Assembly: GCA_963422735.1 (NCBI GenBank)
Contig: OY730476.1
Coordinates: 960,001-1,024,000, forward strand
DNA from: Candidatus Latescibacterota bacterium
GTDB taxonomy: Bacteria > Latescibacterota > UBA2968 > UBA8231
Length of the DNA stretch: 64,000 nt
Reading direction: 5' to 3'
A model generated the notes under the pieces. The model was not told the DNA's origin. It saw only the letters and a list, made by a program, of their open reading frames with translations, and searched no databases. The translations under genes were made by a program, and so were the position numbers. Shown here piece after piece: positions 9,740 through 19,055 of the stretch (position 1 is the first letter of the stretch; the number at the start of each line of letters is the position of its first letter).

Positions 9740-9929
9740 CGCTCGCATCAGGCGATCCTTTCGAACGGCAACTTTCTCCGAAACATAATCGAGGTACTCG
9801 GAAATGGCATCACGTATGTTCGACATAGCTTCATCTTGGGTGCGCGGCCTTGAGACCAGCAGGTAGGGAGAGCCGGACAATGGACCCATAGCCTTCATCC
9901 GATTTAATGAGAACAACCTCATACTGCAT
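9740..9929 (-). pseudogene. hicB: HicB antitoxin with two frameshifts
   Basis: MQYEVVLIKSDEGY / VHCPALPTCWSQGR / TQDEAMSNIRDAISEYL spread over three frames; AGGAG RBS. Confidence 0.8.
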
Positions 9930-10069
9930 TTTCAACTCTCCTTGAGCCAAATTCACAGCAGCCGGAACCCCCTGTCCGCTCAAAGTAGCACAGGCGGCGA
10001 TCACGGTCCAAGCTTCGCGCTTCCAACAATGAGGAATGATACTGACAGCCCCCGACGGGAACAAGCGCC

Positions 10070-12109
10070 ATGAGAACGCCCCGGATTGACCGGTTCACCC
10101 TATTCCTAGCTGCCTTGGGCCTGCTGGGCGCGGCACTCATCCTGCTGCGTATAGCTAACAATGGCGTGGAGATAGAGGGAGATGCCCTGCTGTACGTATC
10201 GACGGCGCAGGGTCTGTTGGCGGGGAACGGATTCGCCTCCAATTGGGGGCACCTCTACGAAAACGCGGCACCTCTGTTCCCATTGGCCCTAGCCTCCGCC
10301 GGCCTACTTGGTCTCAATGTGATCAATGCGGCCGGATACATCAATGCCGCCGCCTTCGGGCTGACGGCCTTCGCCACAGCTATATGGCTGCGCCGCCGCG
10401 TCCGTTCGCGCTGGCTGGTGGTTTGGGCGGGCGGCACTTGCATCCTGTCGCTGTCGCTGGTTTATGTTTCGACGCGAGCCTGGACGGAACCGCTGTTCAT
10501 CCTGTTCCTGGTCCTCGCGCTGTTCGCTTTGGACCGGTTCCTAGACACGCGTCAACGCTCGTTCCTGCTGCTGGCGGCGGGGTACGCCGCCCTGGTCTGT
10601 CTGACCCGCTATATCGGGTTGACCCTGGTCTTGAGCGCGCTGCTGTTGCTGTTGCTGCAGCGGGGCGCAACCTTCCCGGCGAGGATAGGGAACGCCGCTG
10701 TCTTTTCTGTCCTTGCGCTGACGCCCATCGGCCTGTGGATGCTGCGCAACTTGCTGAATTCGGGAACGCTGACCGGAGCGGTTTACCCGACGAACTTTTG
10801 GTTGCTGTCCAGTCTGCACCGTGCCAGTTCGGAGCTGGTCAAGTGGATATTGGGGACCGGTGTTTTTTATGTTCTGGATAGGTGGATTGCCCGAATATCC
10901 GGCATCTCTATTAGCGGAGAGCCTACTATTGAGGGAGTGGCAGTGAAGCTGGCGCTGCTGCTGGTTTGGGCAGCTGCCGTTGGGTATCTGCTCTTTCGCC
11001 TGCACCGTGGCGGCTACCGGCAAAATTGGGGGATCTGGGCGATTCCGTCCGTTTTCATCGGGGTCTATGGGCTGGCGCTGGTCGTTTCGCTGCCGCTTAC
11101 CGATGTAGATCTGCCCTCGCGGTATCTGGCACCGCTATATCCGCCGACGCTGGTGATGGCTGTGCTGGCCTTAAACGAGTTCTTGCGCTGGGGCGAAGGG
11201 CAGAAGCCGTTGGCGGAATTGCGGTTCCTGCAAAAATGGAACTTGAACGGGGTGAAAAGGCTGACGCCAAGTTTGCCGGTGGCTATTCTGGCGATTGGCC
11301 TTTCCCTCTGGCTGGCGCAGCAAGTCTATATCAACTACCGCAAAGTGGACTGGTGGATGAACACGCGTACTGGCTACCGGACCAATTACGGCTCCAGAGA
11401 GTGGGAAAACTCGGAGACTATCCATTATCTACGGTCGCACCCGCCCAATGCTCACATCTGGACCAATTTGCGTGTTGCGCTTCGCTTGTTGACAGACATT
11501 CAGGACCGGATTCATCCCCTGGAGTTCCCGCTGTCGAAGGGTCCCAAGCCTTGGTTCATGGCTGGCGAAGATACGTACTTCGTCTTGTTCCACAGCGGAT
11601 TTTCAGGGGATTCAGAATATGAGCATGCCTTCAGGCAGGTTGCCGCGCTGCCGGCAATAGAAACGGTGGCGGAGCTGGAGGATGGCGTTATATTGAAAGC
11701 CGTCAAGGATACATCAGGCTACGCCGGGACGCTGGACGAAGGCGCACTTTTGCGGGCCGGGTTGCCGAAGGAGGCTCAGCCGGTCATCCGTTCCGTCTTC
11801 AATGTGTACCGGGAGGAGGGGGAGAACCGGCTGATTTACGCTCGGGATGATTGCAGCGAGGCGGACATCGCGCCGCCGTTCTTCCTGCACATTGGCCCGG
11901 TCAACCAGGCCGATCTGCCGGGACAGCGGCGGCAATACGGTTACGATAACCTGGATTTCCCCTTTGACGGTTATGGGTTCCGGTCCGACGGGCTATGTGT
12001 TGCCAAGGTGGACTTGCCCGACTACGACATCGCCGAAATCCGCACCGGTCAGTTCGTTTCGGACCAGGGCCAGCTCTGGAGAGGGGAGTTCAACTTTGCC
12101 GACGAGTAG
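10070..12109 (+). CDS. Polytopic GT-C fold (PMT/ArnT-like) glycosyltransferase with a C-terminal soluble domain
   Basis: D..LY...AQGLLAGNG, PLFPL, WTEPLF and LTRYIG motifs; about 11 TM segments; hydrophilic C-terminus. Confidence 0.72.
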   Translation: MRTPRIDRFTLFLAALGLLGAALILLRIANNGVEIEGDALLYVSTAQGLLAGNGFASNWGHLYENAAPLFPLALASAGLLGLNVINAAGYINAAAFGLTAFATAIWLRRRVRSRWLVVWAGGTCILSLSLVYVSTRAWTEPLFILFLVLALFALDRFLDTRQRSFLLLAAGYAALVCLTRYIGLTLVLSALLLLLLQRGATFPARIGNAAVFSVLALTPIGLWMLRNLLNSGTLTGAVYPTNFWLLSSLHRASSELVKWILGTGVFYVLDRWIARISGISISGEPTIEGVAVKLALLLVWAAAVGYLLFRLHRGGYRQNWGIWAIPSVFIGVYGLALVVSLPLTDVDLPSRYLAPLYPPTLVMAVLALNEFLRWGEGQKPLAELRFLQKWNLNGVKRLTPSLPVAILAIGLSLWLAQQVYINYRKVDWWMNTRTGYRTNYGSREWENSETIHYLRSHPPNAHIWTNLRVALRLLTDIQDRIHPLEFPLSKGPKPWFMAGEDTYFVLFHSGFSGDSEYEHAFRQVAALPAIETVAELEDGVILKAVKDTSGYAGTLDEGALLRAGLPKEAQPVIRSVFNVYREEGENRLIYARDDCSEADIAPPFFLHIGPVNQADLPGQRRQYGYDNLDFPFDGYGFRSDGLCVAKVDLPDYDIAEIRTGQFVSDQGQLWRGEFNFADE

Positions 12110-12136
12110 CCGGGCGCGGCCCGGTCCATAAGCGGC

Positions 12137-12447
12137 CTCGGCTACAAACCAACGGACCGGGAGTTTGACAAACTCGGCTGCGATATCGAGTCGCGGGCGC
12201 CTAGCACGGGGCGGCTGCGCTTCATCGAGGTCAAGGGCCGTGCAAGCGGAGCGGCGACCATCACTGTGACTCTCTACAGCCTCAATAAACCCGACGACTT
12301 CATTCTCGCCATAGTCGAATTTTTGGACGATGGCAGGCACCGCGTACGCTACCTGCGCCACCCCTTTCAGCGCGAACCTGATTTTGGCGCACCAGCGTCA
12401 ACTACGACTTCGCCAAGCTGCTAGCGCGGGCCGAGGCCCCAGCCTGA
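12137..12447 (+). pseudogene. C-terminal DUF3883 (PD-(D/E)XK) relic of an SNF2 helicase gene
   Basis: Translates LGCDIESR...RFIEVKGRASGAATITVT-LYSLNKPDDFILAIV...REPDFG, then after a frameshift TSVNYDFAKLLARAEAPA*. No start codon. Confidence 0.75.
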
Positions 12448-12450
12448 ATT

Positions 12451-13563
12451 ATGCCCAACTATTGCCCCGCCCCCCACGACTGGCAGCGCTGTAGCCCCGC
12501 CCAAGCCGGCTTCGACGCCGACAAACTGGCCGCGGCGTTGGCCTTCGCCCAAACTCAGGAGATCCAAGCCTCTACCAATTTGGCCGCCATGCTGCCCAAG
12601 GGCGACCGCCACCCCAACGACCGTCCTTTAGGTCCCCTCAAAAAACGCAGTTCCACAGCCGGCCTGATCGTGCGGCAAGGGTATCTGGTCGCCACCTTCG
12701 GCCCGGTCGATAGCGTCGAAGTTACGTTCAGTTGCGCCAAGAGCTATATCTCGGCACTGGCCGGGGTGGCCTTTGACCAAGAGCTAATCCGCGATCTCGA
12801 CGAACCCGTCGGTCGCACGGTCTTGGACGGCGGCTTTGACGCGCTGCAAAACCAGTCCATCACTTGGCGTCATTTGCTGCAACAAACCAGCGAGTGGGAA
12901 GGCGATCTCTTCGGCCTTCCCGACTGGATCGACCGCGGCCGTCAGCTAGGCCAAAATGCCGCCGAAGCCACGGTGGGCGGCGCGGCCTCGAGTGCCGACG
13001 ATTACCGCTCTTTGGAACCGCCCGGCACCTTTTGGGAATACAACGACGTGCGCGTCAACCGCACGGCCCTCAGCCTGTTGCGCCTTTTTCGCGGCCCCTT
13101 ACCCCTAGTGCTCAAAGAGAGCATCATGGACCCCATTGGGGCCTCTTCTACTTGGCAATGGCACGGGTACGAAACCTCTTGGGTTGAAGAAAGCGGCCAA
13201 AAGGTCCAATCCGTCTCCGGCGGTACGCACTGGGGCGGCGGCCTGTGGATCACCACCTACGACCACGCCCGCTTTGGCCTGCTCTTCCAGCGGCGAGGGC
13301 GCTGGCACGGCCGCCAACTCCTCTCCGAACAGTGGATTGACCACTCCCTCGCCTTCTGCCCCATCAAGCCCGAATACGGTTTCCTATGGTGGCTCAATCA
13401 CCAGCATGCTATGTCCAATTTAGCCTGTCCTGACAGCTTTGCGGCCCGTGGGGCCGGCGGCAATATCGTCTTTGTCGAGCCTGAGCGCGAGCTGGTCATT
13501 GTCCTGCGCTGGTGTGGCGATGCTAAAGCCGTGATCGACCGCATCCTCGCCAGTGAAGTTTGA
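12451..13563 (+). CDS. Serine hydrolase, beta-lactamase class C-like
   Basis: SxxK (FSCAKS), ITWRHLLQQTS, WEYND and YGFLWW motifs. Confidence 0.88.
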   Translation: MPNYCPAPHDWQRCSPAQAGFDADKLAAALAFAQTQEIQASTNLAAMLPKGDRHPNDRPLGPLKKRSSTAGLIVRQGYLVATFGPVDSVEVTFSCAKSYISALAGVAFDQELIRDLDEPVGRTVLDGGFDALQNQSITWRHLLQQTSEWEGDLFGLPDWIDRGRQLGQNAAEATVGGAASSADDYRSLEPPGTFWEYNDVRVNRTALSLLRLFRGPLPLVLKESIMDPIGASSTWQWHGYETSWVEESGQKVQSVSGGTHWGGGLWITTYDHARFGLLFQRRGRWHGRQLLSEQWIDHSLAFCPIKPEYGFLWWLNHQHAMSNLACPDSFAARGAGGNIVFVEPERELVIVLRWCGDAKAVIDRILASEV

Positions 13564-13746
13564 GGCCCGAACGAGTTGGAGAGCAATGTCGCGCGGCGCG
13601 TGGAGGACTTGGAGCGTTCGGGCGAATTTGTCGCGTCTGGCCGCGGTGCGTTGCACCTAGCCACCTTGACCGAAACAATAAGGTTTAGGCATTAACGAAC
13701 ACAATCTCTAGTTCGCCCCATCGCCCCCGACCCATAAGCCCGCCGT

Positions 13747-15000
13747 ATGCCCGCCCAATATCTGCGAACAATTCGCCATTTCAATCGCGACATCCGCCTG
13801 TATCTGTTTGCTTCTGGGTTGGTTGGATTTTGCCTATTCAGCGGCATTTACTCGCTATTGTTCAATTTATATCTGCTGCGGCTGGGCTATGGCCCCGCAT
13901 TCGTCGGCCAAGTCAACGCCGTCGGCGGCCTGGCCTTTGCCCTGTCCAGCCTACCGAGCAGTTTCCTCGGCGGCCGTTGGGGCAATCGTCGCACAATGAT
14001 CCTCGGCCTTGGCTTGGCCCTCGTCGGCCATGCGCTGCTTTCCCAAGCTGAGTTCGTCCCTAATATCCACCAGCAGTGCTTCATTCTCAGCATGAACTCC
14101 CTCGGATTACTCGGCATCTCGCTATATATCGTCAACGGCTATCCCTACTTGATGGGTATCTCCAGCGCCGCACAGCGCCACCTCGTATTCTCGCTCCAAG
14201 CCGCTCTCTTTCCCCTTGCGGGTTTCGCTGGCAGTTTGATCGGGGGTTTCCTGCCGGGCGGCTTTGCTGGCCTCTTACAACTTTCCCTCGACCATCCCAC
14301 CCCCTATCGGCATACATTGCTCGGTGCCTCCTTGTTACTCACCCCAGGCGTATTTGCCCTTGTGGCGACGGGTCAAGAGACCCGCGAACACTATGAGGAC
14401 ACTCCAACGGATGCCACTCCCTTGCCTCTCAAGCTCATCCTGCTACTCTCTTTTATTGCGTTTCTTTATACCGCCAGTGAAGGCGCAGTCCGCACTTTTT
14501 TAAATGTCTATCTAGATGACGCATTAAATGCGAGTACCGCCCTAATTGGCACGCTGGCTGCTTCAGGACAATTACTCGCCATTCCCGCCGCCCTAATGAT
14601 GCCCTTTCTAGTGCGACGTTTTGGTAGCACCCGCACATTCAATGGAGCAGTTTTGTGCTCGGCTCTGATATTGGTCCCCCTCGCTTTAATTTCTCATTGG
14701 GCCATCGCTGGTTTATGCCTTATGGGCACGATGTGCCTAGCGGGGATCCGCCGACCGGCCTTTACCGTTTTCCAACAGGAAATGATGCCACTGCGCTGGC
14801 GGACAGCGATGGCCGGGGCGGCGGGCACGACGACCGGCCTTGGTTATGCCGGCATATCTCTAGGTGGGGGGTACATGATTGAAGCGGTGGGATATCGCGC
14901 TCTATTTCTTATGGCAGGTTGCTTAACTGCCTCTGGCGCGGCGATTTTTTGGCTTTGTTTTAGGCATCGCGACACTCGTGGTCAAGCAGGCTCTGGCTAG
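13747..15000 (+). CDS. MFS transporter
   Basis: About 12 TM segments; motif A-like GGRWGNRR. Confidence 0.88.
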   Translation: MPAQYLRTIRHFNRDIRLYLFASGLVGFCLFSGIYSLLFNLYLLRLGYGPAFVGQVNAVGGLAFALSSLPSSFLGGRWGNRRTMILGLGLALVGHALLSQAEFVPNIHQQCFILSMNSLGLLGISLYIVNGYPYLMGISSAAQRHLVFSLQAALFPLAGFAGSLIGGFLPGGFAGLLQLSLDHPTPYRHTLLGASLLLTPGVFALVATGQETREHYEDTPTDATPLPLKLILLLSFIAFLYTASEGAVRTFLNVYLDDALNASTALIGTLAASGQLLAIPAALMMPFLVRRFGSTRTFNGAVLCSALILVPLALISHWAIAGLCLMGTMCLAGIRRPAFTVFQQEMMPLRWRTAMAGAAGTTTGLGYAGISLGGGYMIEAVGYRALFLMAGCLTASGAAIFWLCFRHRDTRGQAGSG

Positions 15001-15120
15001 CTTCTCGCGAAGTCGCAAGCGACCACACCGCCTATATTCGTCGAATGAATTTTGAGCAGCCGATTTTAAACCAGCACGTCGGCTAGCTCTTGGGCCTGAA
15101 CCCGACGAAGCCACTTCCTC

Positions 15121-15174
15121 GGTGGACAGGCGGTGGGCAATGACCAAGGTGGTGCGGTTGTGGATGAGGCGCTG
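15121..15174 (-). pseudogene. ABC exporter ATPase relic
   Basis: Isolated QRLIHNRTTLVIAHRLST H-loop fragment in an intergenic region. Confidence 0.6.
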
Positions 15175-15306
15175 GGACGGCGGATGACCAACAGAGGCAG
15201 CAGACTGGCAGCGACAAAGAGGAATCCGCAGCCAATGGTCAAAGCCAAGAGGGTGGGTTGGGGACGGACGAGGCGATGGAACTGGCAATGGTTTTTCTGG
15301 CCAAGG

Positions 15307-16545
15307 TCAAAAATAGAACAGCAACAGCGGGATTTCCATTTCGGCCGGAGTCAAGCCCCCGTGGGAGCCGCGCGATTTGATCTCGAATTTGTCCTTTTCG
15401 TACCACCAGACCGACTCGCCGGCAAAGGGCAGGACGACCAAGTTGCCCACTCGTTCGAGAAAGCGAGTGGACATAGGCGGCGGCCCAAAGAGGCCGGCTT
15501 CGATCAGATCGGCGGTGCGGCAGACTTGGGCGCGGCCTTTAAGTTGGCGGGCCAGCAGGGCGTGGGCTTCATCGAGCCGGTCGTCTGCGACATAGAGAAA
15601 GAAATCGCGGGCCGAGCCGGCCGGCACAAGGAGGCGGCCACCGCGGTCGGTGCGCAGTAGGGGCACTAGGCCGGGGAAGCGAGCCGAGTTATTGAGGTAC
15701 AGGGTGGTTTTCGGATCGATCGGGGCCAGACCGTGGTCCGCGGTCAGCATGAACAGAGTGCGCTGCAGACGGCCGGCTAGCGGACGCCAAAAGAGCCGCT
15801 CGACCGCAGTCAGAAAGGTGTCGATTTCGGCCCGGAATTGCGGCGAGTCTGGGCCGTAGCGATGGCCTATGACGTCGATTTGGTCGAAGTAGAACAGGAA
15901 ATAGGCCGGTCCTGAACGCGGTTTTTGCAGCAGGTCGGTCAGATTGGTTAGGGCCTCGGAAAGAGTGCGGAAAGGATGGACTTGAGCACCTTGCAAATAC
16001 GCGTCAGAACAGGTCGAGGGGGTAAAGGCACTGCTTTGCAAAACGCAGCTTTCGACCCCCAACCGCCCCAATTCTTGGTACAACGTGCCTTGGGGAAAGA
16101 CGGTCTGGGCCGCTTCCCGCGGCAGCGAATTGGGCTGGCTGCTGCCGGCTGGGGCAAAGGGCAGCGGGGTGATAATGGCGTCGAGGGTAGGCTCGTAGTA
16201 CTGCCATTCAAAGACGCCGCTGCGCCCGACCGGCTGGCCAGTATGAATGCAGGTGACGTGGGCGGCAGTGGTGGATGGAAACTGCGCGGTGAGACGAGCC
16301 ACCCATCCCCCGCGGCCAATATCGCTTAGGAAGGGATAGCAATTTTGGCAGCGCTCGAAAAAGCGCCAGCCAAAGGCGTCGATAAAAAAGAGCACTACAG
16401 TGTCACAAGGGCCTTGCACAGCCGTCAGCAGCGCCGGATCGAGGCTGGGCGATCCTTGGCCCGTCAGGATCCATTTGATGGTAGCTGGCAAGTCGGCAAA
16501 ACAGTGGCCGTTATAGCGAGGGCGGATGAATCGAGCGTCGAGCAC
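15307..16545 (-). CDS. Alkaline phosphatase superfamily / type I phosphodiesterase-nucleotide pyrophosphatase
   Basis: IDAFG, FPSTT, DVIGH, TADHG and GSHGG metal/nucleophile motifs; probable GTG start at 16545. Confidence 0.85.
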   Translation of the reverse strand: MLDARFIRPRYNGHCFADLPATIKWILTGQGSPSLDPALLTAVQGPCDTVVLFFIDAFGWRFFERCQNCYPFLSDIGRGGWVARLTAQFPSTTAAHVTCIHTGQPVGRSGVFEWQYYEPTLDAIITPLPFAPAGSSQPNSLPREAAQTVFPQGTLYQELGRLGVESCVLQSSAFTPSTCSDAYLQGAQVHPFRTLSEALTNLTDLLQKPRSGPAYFLFYFDQIDVIGHRYGPDSPQFRAEIDTFLTAVERLFWRPLAGRLQRTLFMLTADHGLAPIDPKTTLYLNNSARFPGLVPLLRTDRGGRLLVPAGSARDFFLYVADDRLDEAHALLARQLKGRAQVCRTADLIEAGLFGPPPMSTRFLERVGNLVVLPFAGESVWWYEKDKFEIKSRGSHGGLTPAEMEIPLLLFYF

Positions 16546-16559
16546 GATGCGGCAGAGAC

Positions 16560-17432
16560 TCACAAAAAGCGCGTAATTCCAAAGCCCATGCGCCAGTTGC
16601 CAAGGGCCGCTTCGTCGGGTGCCCCCACCAAGTACTGGGATGGGCTGAGGCGCGTATTGTTGGTGGCGAATATGTAAAAGGTATGCCCCCCCGTATCTAT
16701 GGACAGGCCCCAAGCCAGCGAATTGTAGGAGCGGCCCGTTTCGCCCGGCAATAAAATGCCTTGGTACCCGGCCAAGGTCGGACTGTACTCCAACCACACG
16801 CCCCACGTATCGTTCAGGTAATACTGGACATAGGTTCCTAAAGTAAAGGTGTACTGCGCATCGACGCTGAAAATGGTGCTGTTGTATAGATAGGAAGGCA
16901 CTAACCCTATACCCAATGTTTCGTCCAATAGCGCATTGAAAATCAATTGCCCATAGTACTGAAAATTATCAGCCGCAGTAGCCTTTCGATCGACTATAGC
17001 CGGCATATCCGTATTCCAAGCCACGCCGACGTTTAGGGCCAAGACCATCGGCAAGCGCTTGAGGGGGAATTGCAGCCAATGGTACTGCAACTGTAGATCC
17101 AAATTGTCCAGCACATTACTCCGCCCCAAGGTCGCCATCAACCGGTCGCTGAGGCCGTAACTAAGCGAGGTGCGGATATTGGCCGGTCCATCAAAACCGA
17201 AATTGGCCTTGTACCCCTCGTCAATAGGCGGGAGAAAGCGGTGCGAAATCTCGTAGTGGAAATCGCCTTGATACAGCGTTTCAGCGGTGGGGTAATTGGC
17301 CATCTTGATAGCAAAGAACAACTCCAGCCGGGGCTCGGTCAGCGCACTCGCCTGCCACGACGGCTGAGCACCAGCCCAGACCGGCAACAGCCCGCCCCAG
17401 ATCGCTCCCAACCACAAGACGCGAATGTTCAC
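16560..17432 (-). CDS. DUF5777-like outer-membrane beta-barrel protein
   Basis: Signal peptide; ISHRF, FGFDGPANIR.SLSYGLSDRL and DTGGHTF motifs; C-terminal GFGITRF. Confidence 0.75.
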   Translation of the reverse strand: MNIRVLWLGAIWGGLLPVWAGAQPSWQASALTEPRLELFFAIKMANYPTAETLYQGDFHYEISHRFLPPIDEGYKANFGFDGPANIRTSLSYGLSDRLMATLGRSNVLDNLDLQLQYHWLQFPLKRLPMVLALNVGVAWNTDMPAIVDRKATAADNFQYYGQLIFNALLDETLGIGLVPSYLYNSTIFSVDAQYTFTLGTYVQYYLNDTWGVWLEYSPTLAGYQGILLPGETGRSYNSLAWGLSIDTGGHTFYIFATNNTRLSPSQYLVGAPDEAALGNWRMGFGITRFL

Positions 17433-17449
17433 GGTTAATCTCCCCTGCC

Positions 17450-18046
17450 CTATCGCACGTGTTTTAAGTAGAATGAGACCTCGACGGCAATTTCCTCGCT
17501 CACTTTGACAAAGGCCGCGAGGGAGGGTGCTTTGATGTTGTAGTCGGCCAGTTTAATAGTGAAAGTCGCCGCGATCTTGGAGTACCCTTCTTCCACCACT
17601 ACGGTCCCGGGCACTTCTACGGCGCGGTCCACCCCGTGTAGCGACAGGATTCCCTTGGTCTTGACTCGATAGGCGACCACGGTGGAATCGACTGCGGTGT
17701 GTTCGGCGATCTCCCCTTTGTACACGGCTTTGGGCCACTTGTCTGTGTCCAGCACTTGGCGCATGTCGCGGTCCCGCTTGCCAATACCCGTATCGAAGCT
17801 GGCTAGGTCCACTTCAAAATGCAGTTGGTCCTTTGCGGCAAAAAGCGACTCGCCTTCCCAATAGATAAAGCCGTCAATTTTATCGGTCGTGCCGGTAAAA
17901 GTGAGGACCACCACCTTGGAAGTGAACGCGACTTGGTTGTTCCTGCCTGAAGGCGGAGTAAGGCCCTCGACCTTTTTATCGACGTGCCATTCGCCGCCTT
18001 GGACGGCTACGGGCGAGCAGATCAGGAACAGGATGAGCCAGCGCAT
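17450..18046 (-). CDS. YceI family polyisoprenoid-binding protein
   Basis: Signal peptide; FDTGIGKRDRDM, LSLHGV and LADYNI motifs. Confidence 0.85.
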   Translation of the reverse strand: MRWLILFLICSPVAVQGGEWHVDKKVEGLTPPSGRNNQVAFTSKVVVLTFTGTTDKIDGFIYWEGESLFAAKDQLHFEVDLASFDTGIGKRDRDMRQVLDTDKWPKAVYKGEIAEHTAVDSTVVAYRVKTKGILSLHGVDRAVEVPGTVVVEEGYSKIAATFTIKLADYNIKAPSLAAFVKVSEEIAVEVSFYLKHVR

Positions 18047-18062
18047 AAACCTAAGAAGCGAA

Positions 18063-18473
18063 TTAGTCGTTGGGTGCTCCCTTTTCTATCCAAGTGCGCA
18101 CCGTTTCGAGCGCGTCCGGCGTCAGATACGGCCCGTTAGGGGGCATGCGGACTCCAGCAATATCAGCATCTGCCAACAGTTTGCGATACAGATAGCTGTT
18201 GTCTGGATCGTCCGGATCGACCAGAGCCAAACCACGGCTGCTCTCCACATCGACGATATTGTCGTATGCTTGTCCGGCCGACAAGTTGGGCCAAGCGCTG
18301 TCGCCGTGGCAGCCGCTCAAAGCGCAGGAAACATCGAATATCGTCTTTTGCACCTGCGCAAAGGTCGCCGGTCCTTCGGCGACAGAGTCGAATACCATGT
18401 CCGCGCTCGTGGTCGGGCCAGAGCAAGAGATCCCCATACATACCAACGCGACGAGCACGATGAGCGCTTTCAT
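18063..18473 (-). CDS. Lipoprotein with a c-type cytochrome-like CX4CH motif
   Basis: Lipobox GISC; CALSGCH; DPDNSYL; RMPP (distal Met); WIEKGAPND. Confidence 0.72.
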   Translation of the reverse strand: MKALIVLVALVCMGISCSGPTTSADMVFDSVAEGPATFAQVQKTIFDVSCALSGCHGDSAWPNLSAGQAYDNIVDVESSRGLALVDPDDPDNSYLYRKLLADADIAGVRMPPNGPYLTPDALETVRTWIEKGAPND

Positions 18474-18519
18474 GGCCTTTTCCTCCTTGGGATGTACTAC
18501 ATCCGCAACCTAACCACGC

Positions 18520-19050
18520 CGGTCTGGCTCTGCAATACATCGAATCAGACTGGGCCTGCACTACCCCCGACAGGCCAAGACTCGATAGATCAATCATCTC
18601 GGACAACCTGATCGGTTGGCGATGTTTGTACATGGAGTCGAGATGGGACACGGTCTCCCCCGACAACTCCAAACTCGATAGATCATATATTTTGGAGAAC
18701 TTATGCATGAGGAGTAGTCCAGACTCTTCTCTCTTCTTTCGCAACTCCCAGTCTAGGGTTCGCTCCAGAAAGGTGCGATAATTTTCCACACCTATGACCT
18801 TTTCGTCCACCAAAGGAATCTCCTGCAGAAAGTCTTAGTACTCCAGGGTGATGTCTATTTTCTTGGGGCCGTTGGCTAGGAAACCGTGAGGCTGGCCCAC
18901 TCGTAGTTGGAGAAAGCCGTTGCATAGTCGATAAAAATCGGAGCATGCACGATTTCGCCGGTGATAATCGCAACCAATGGCTGGCTCTGAGCACTTTCTG
19001 CGGCCAGACAAGCACTCGACGCTAGCAGTATGACAATTAGATGTACTCCA
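18520..19050 (-). pseudogene. Degraded gene for a secreted protein
   Basis: Signal-like HLIVILLASSACLA, then a frameshift and an in-frame stop (DITLEY*DFLQEIPLVDEK) leading into ORF 18813. Confidence 0.45.
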
Positions 19051-19055
19051 TTCAG

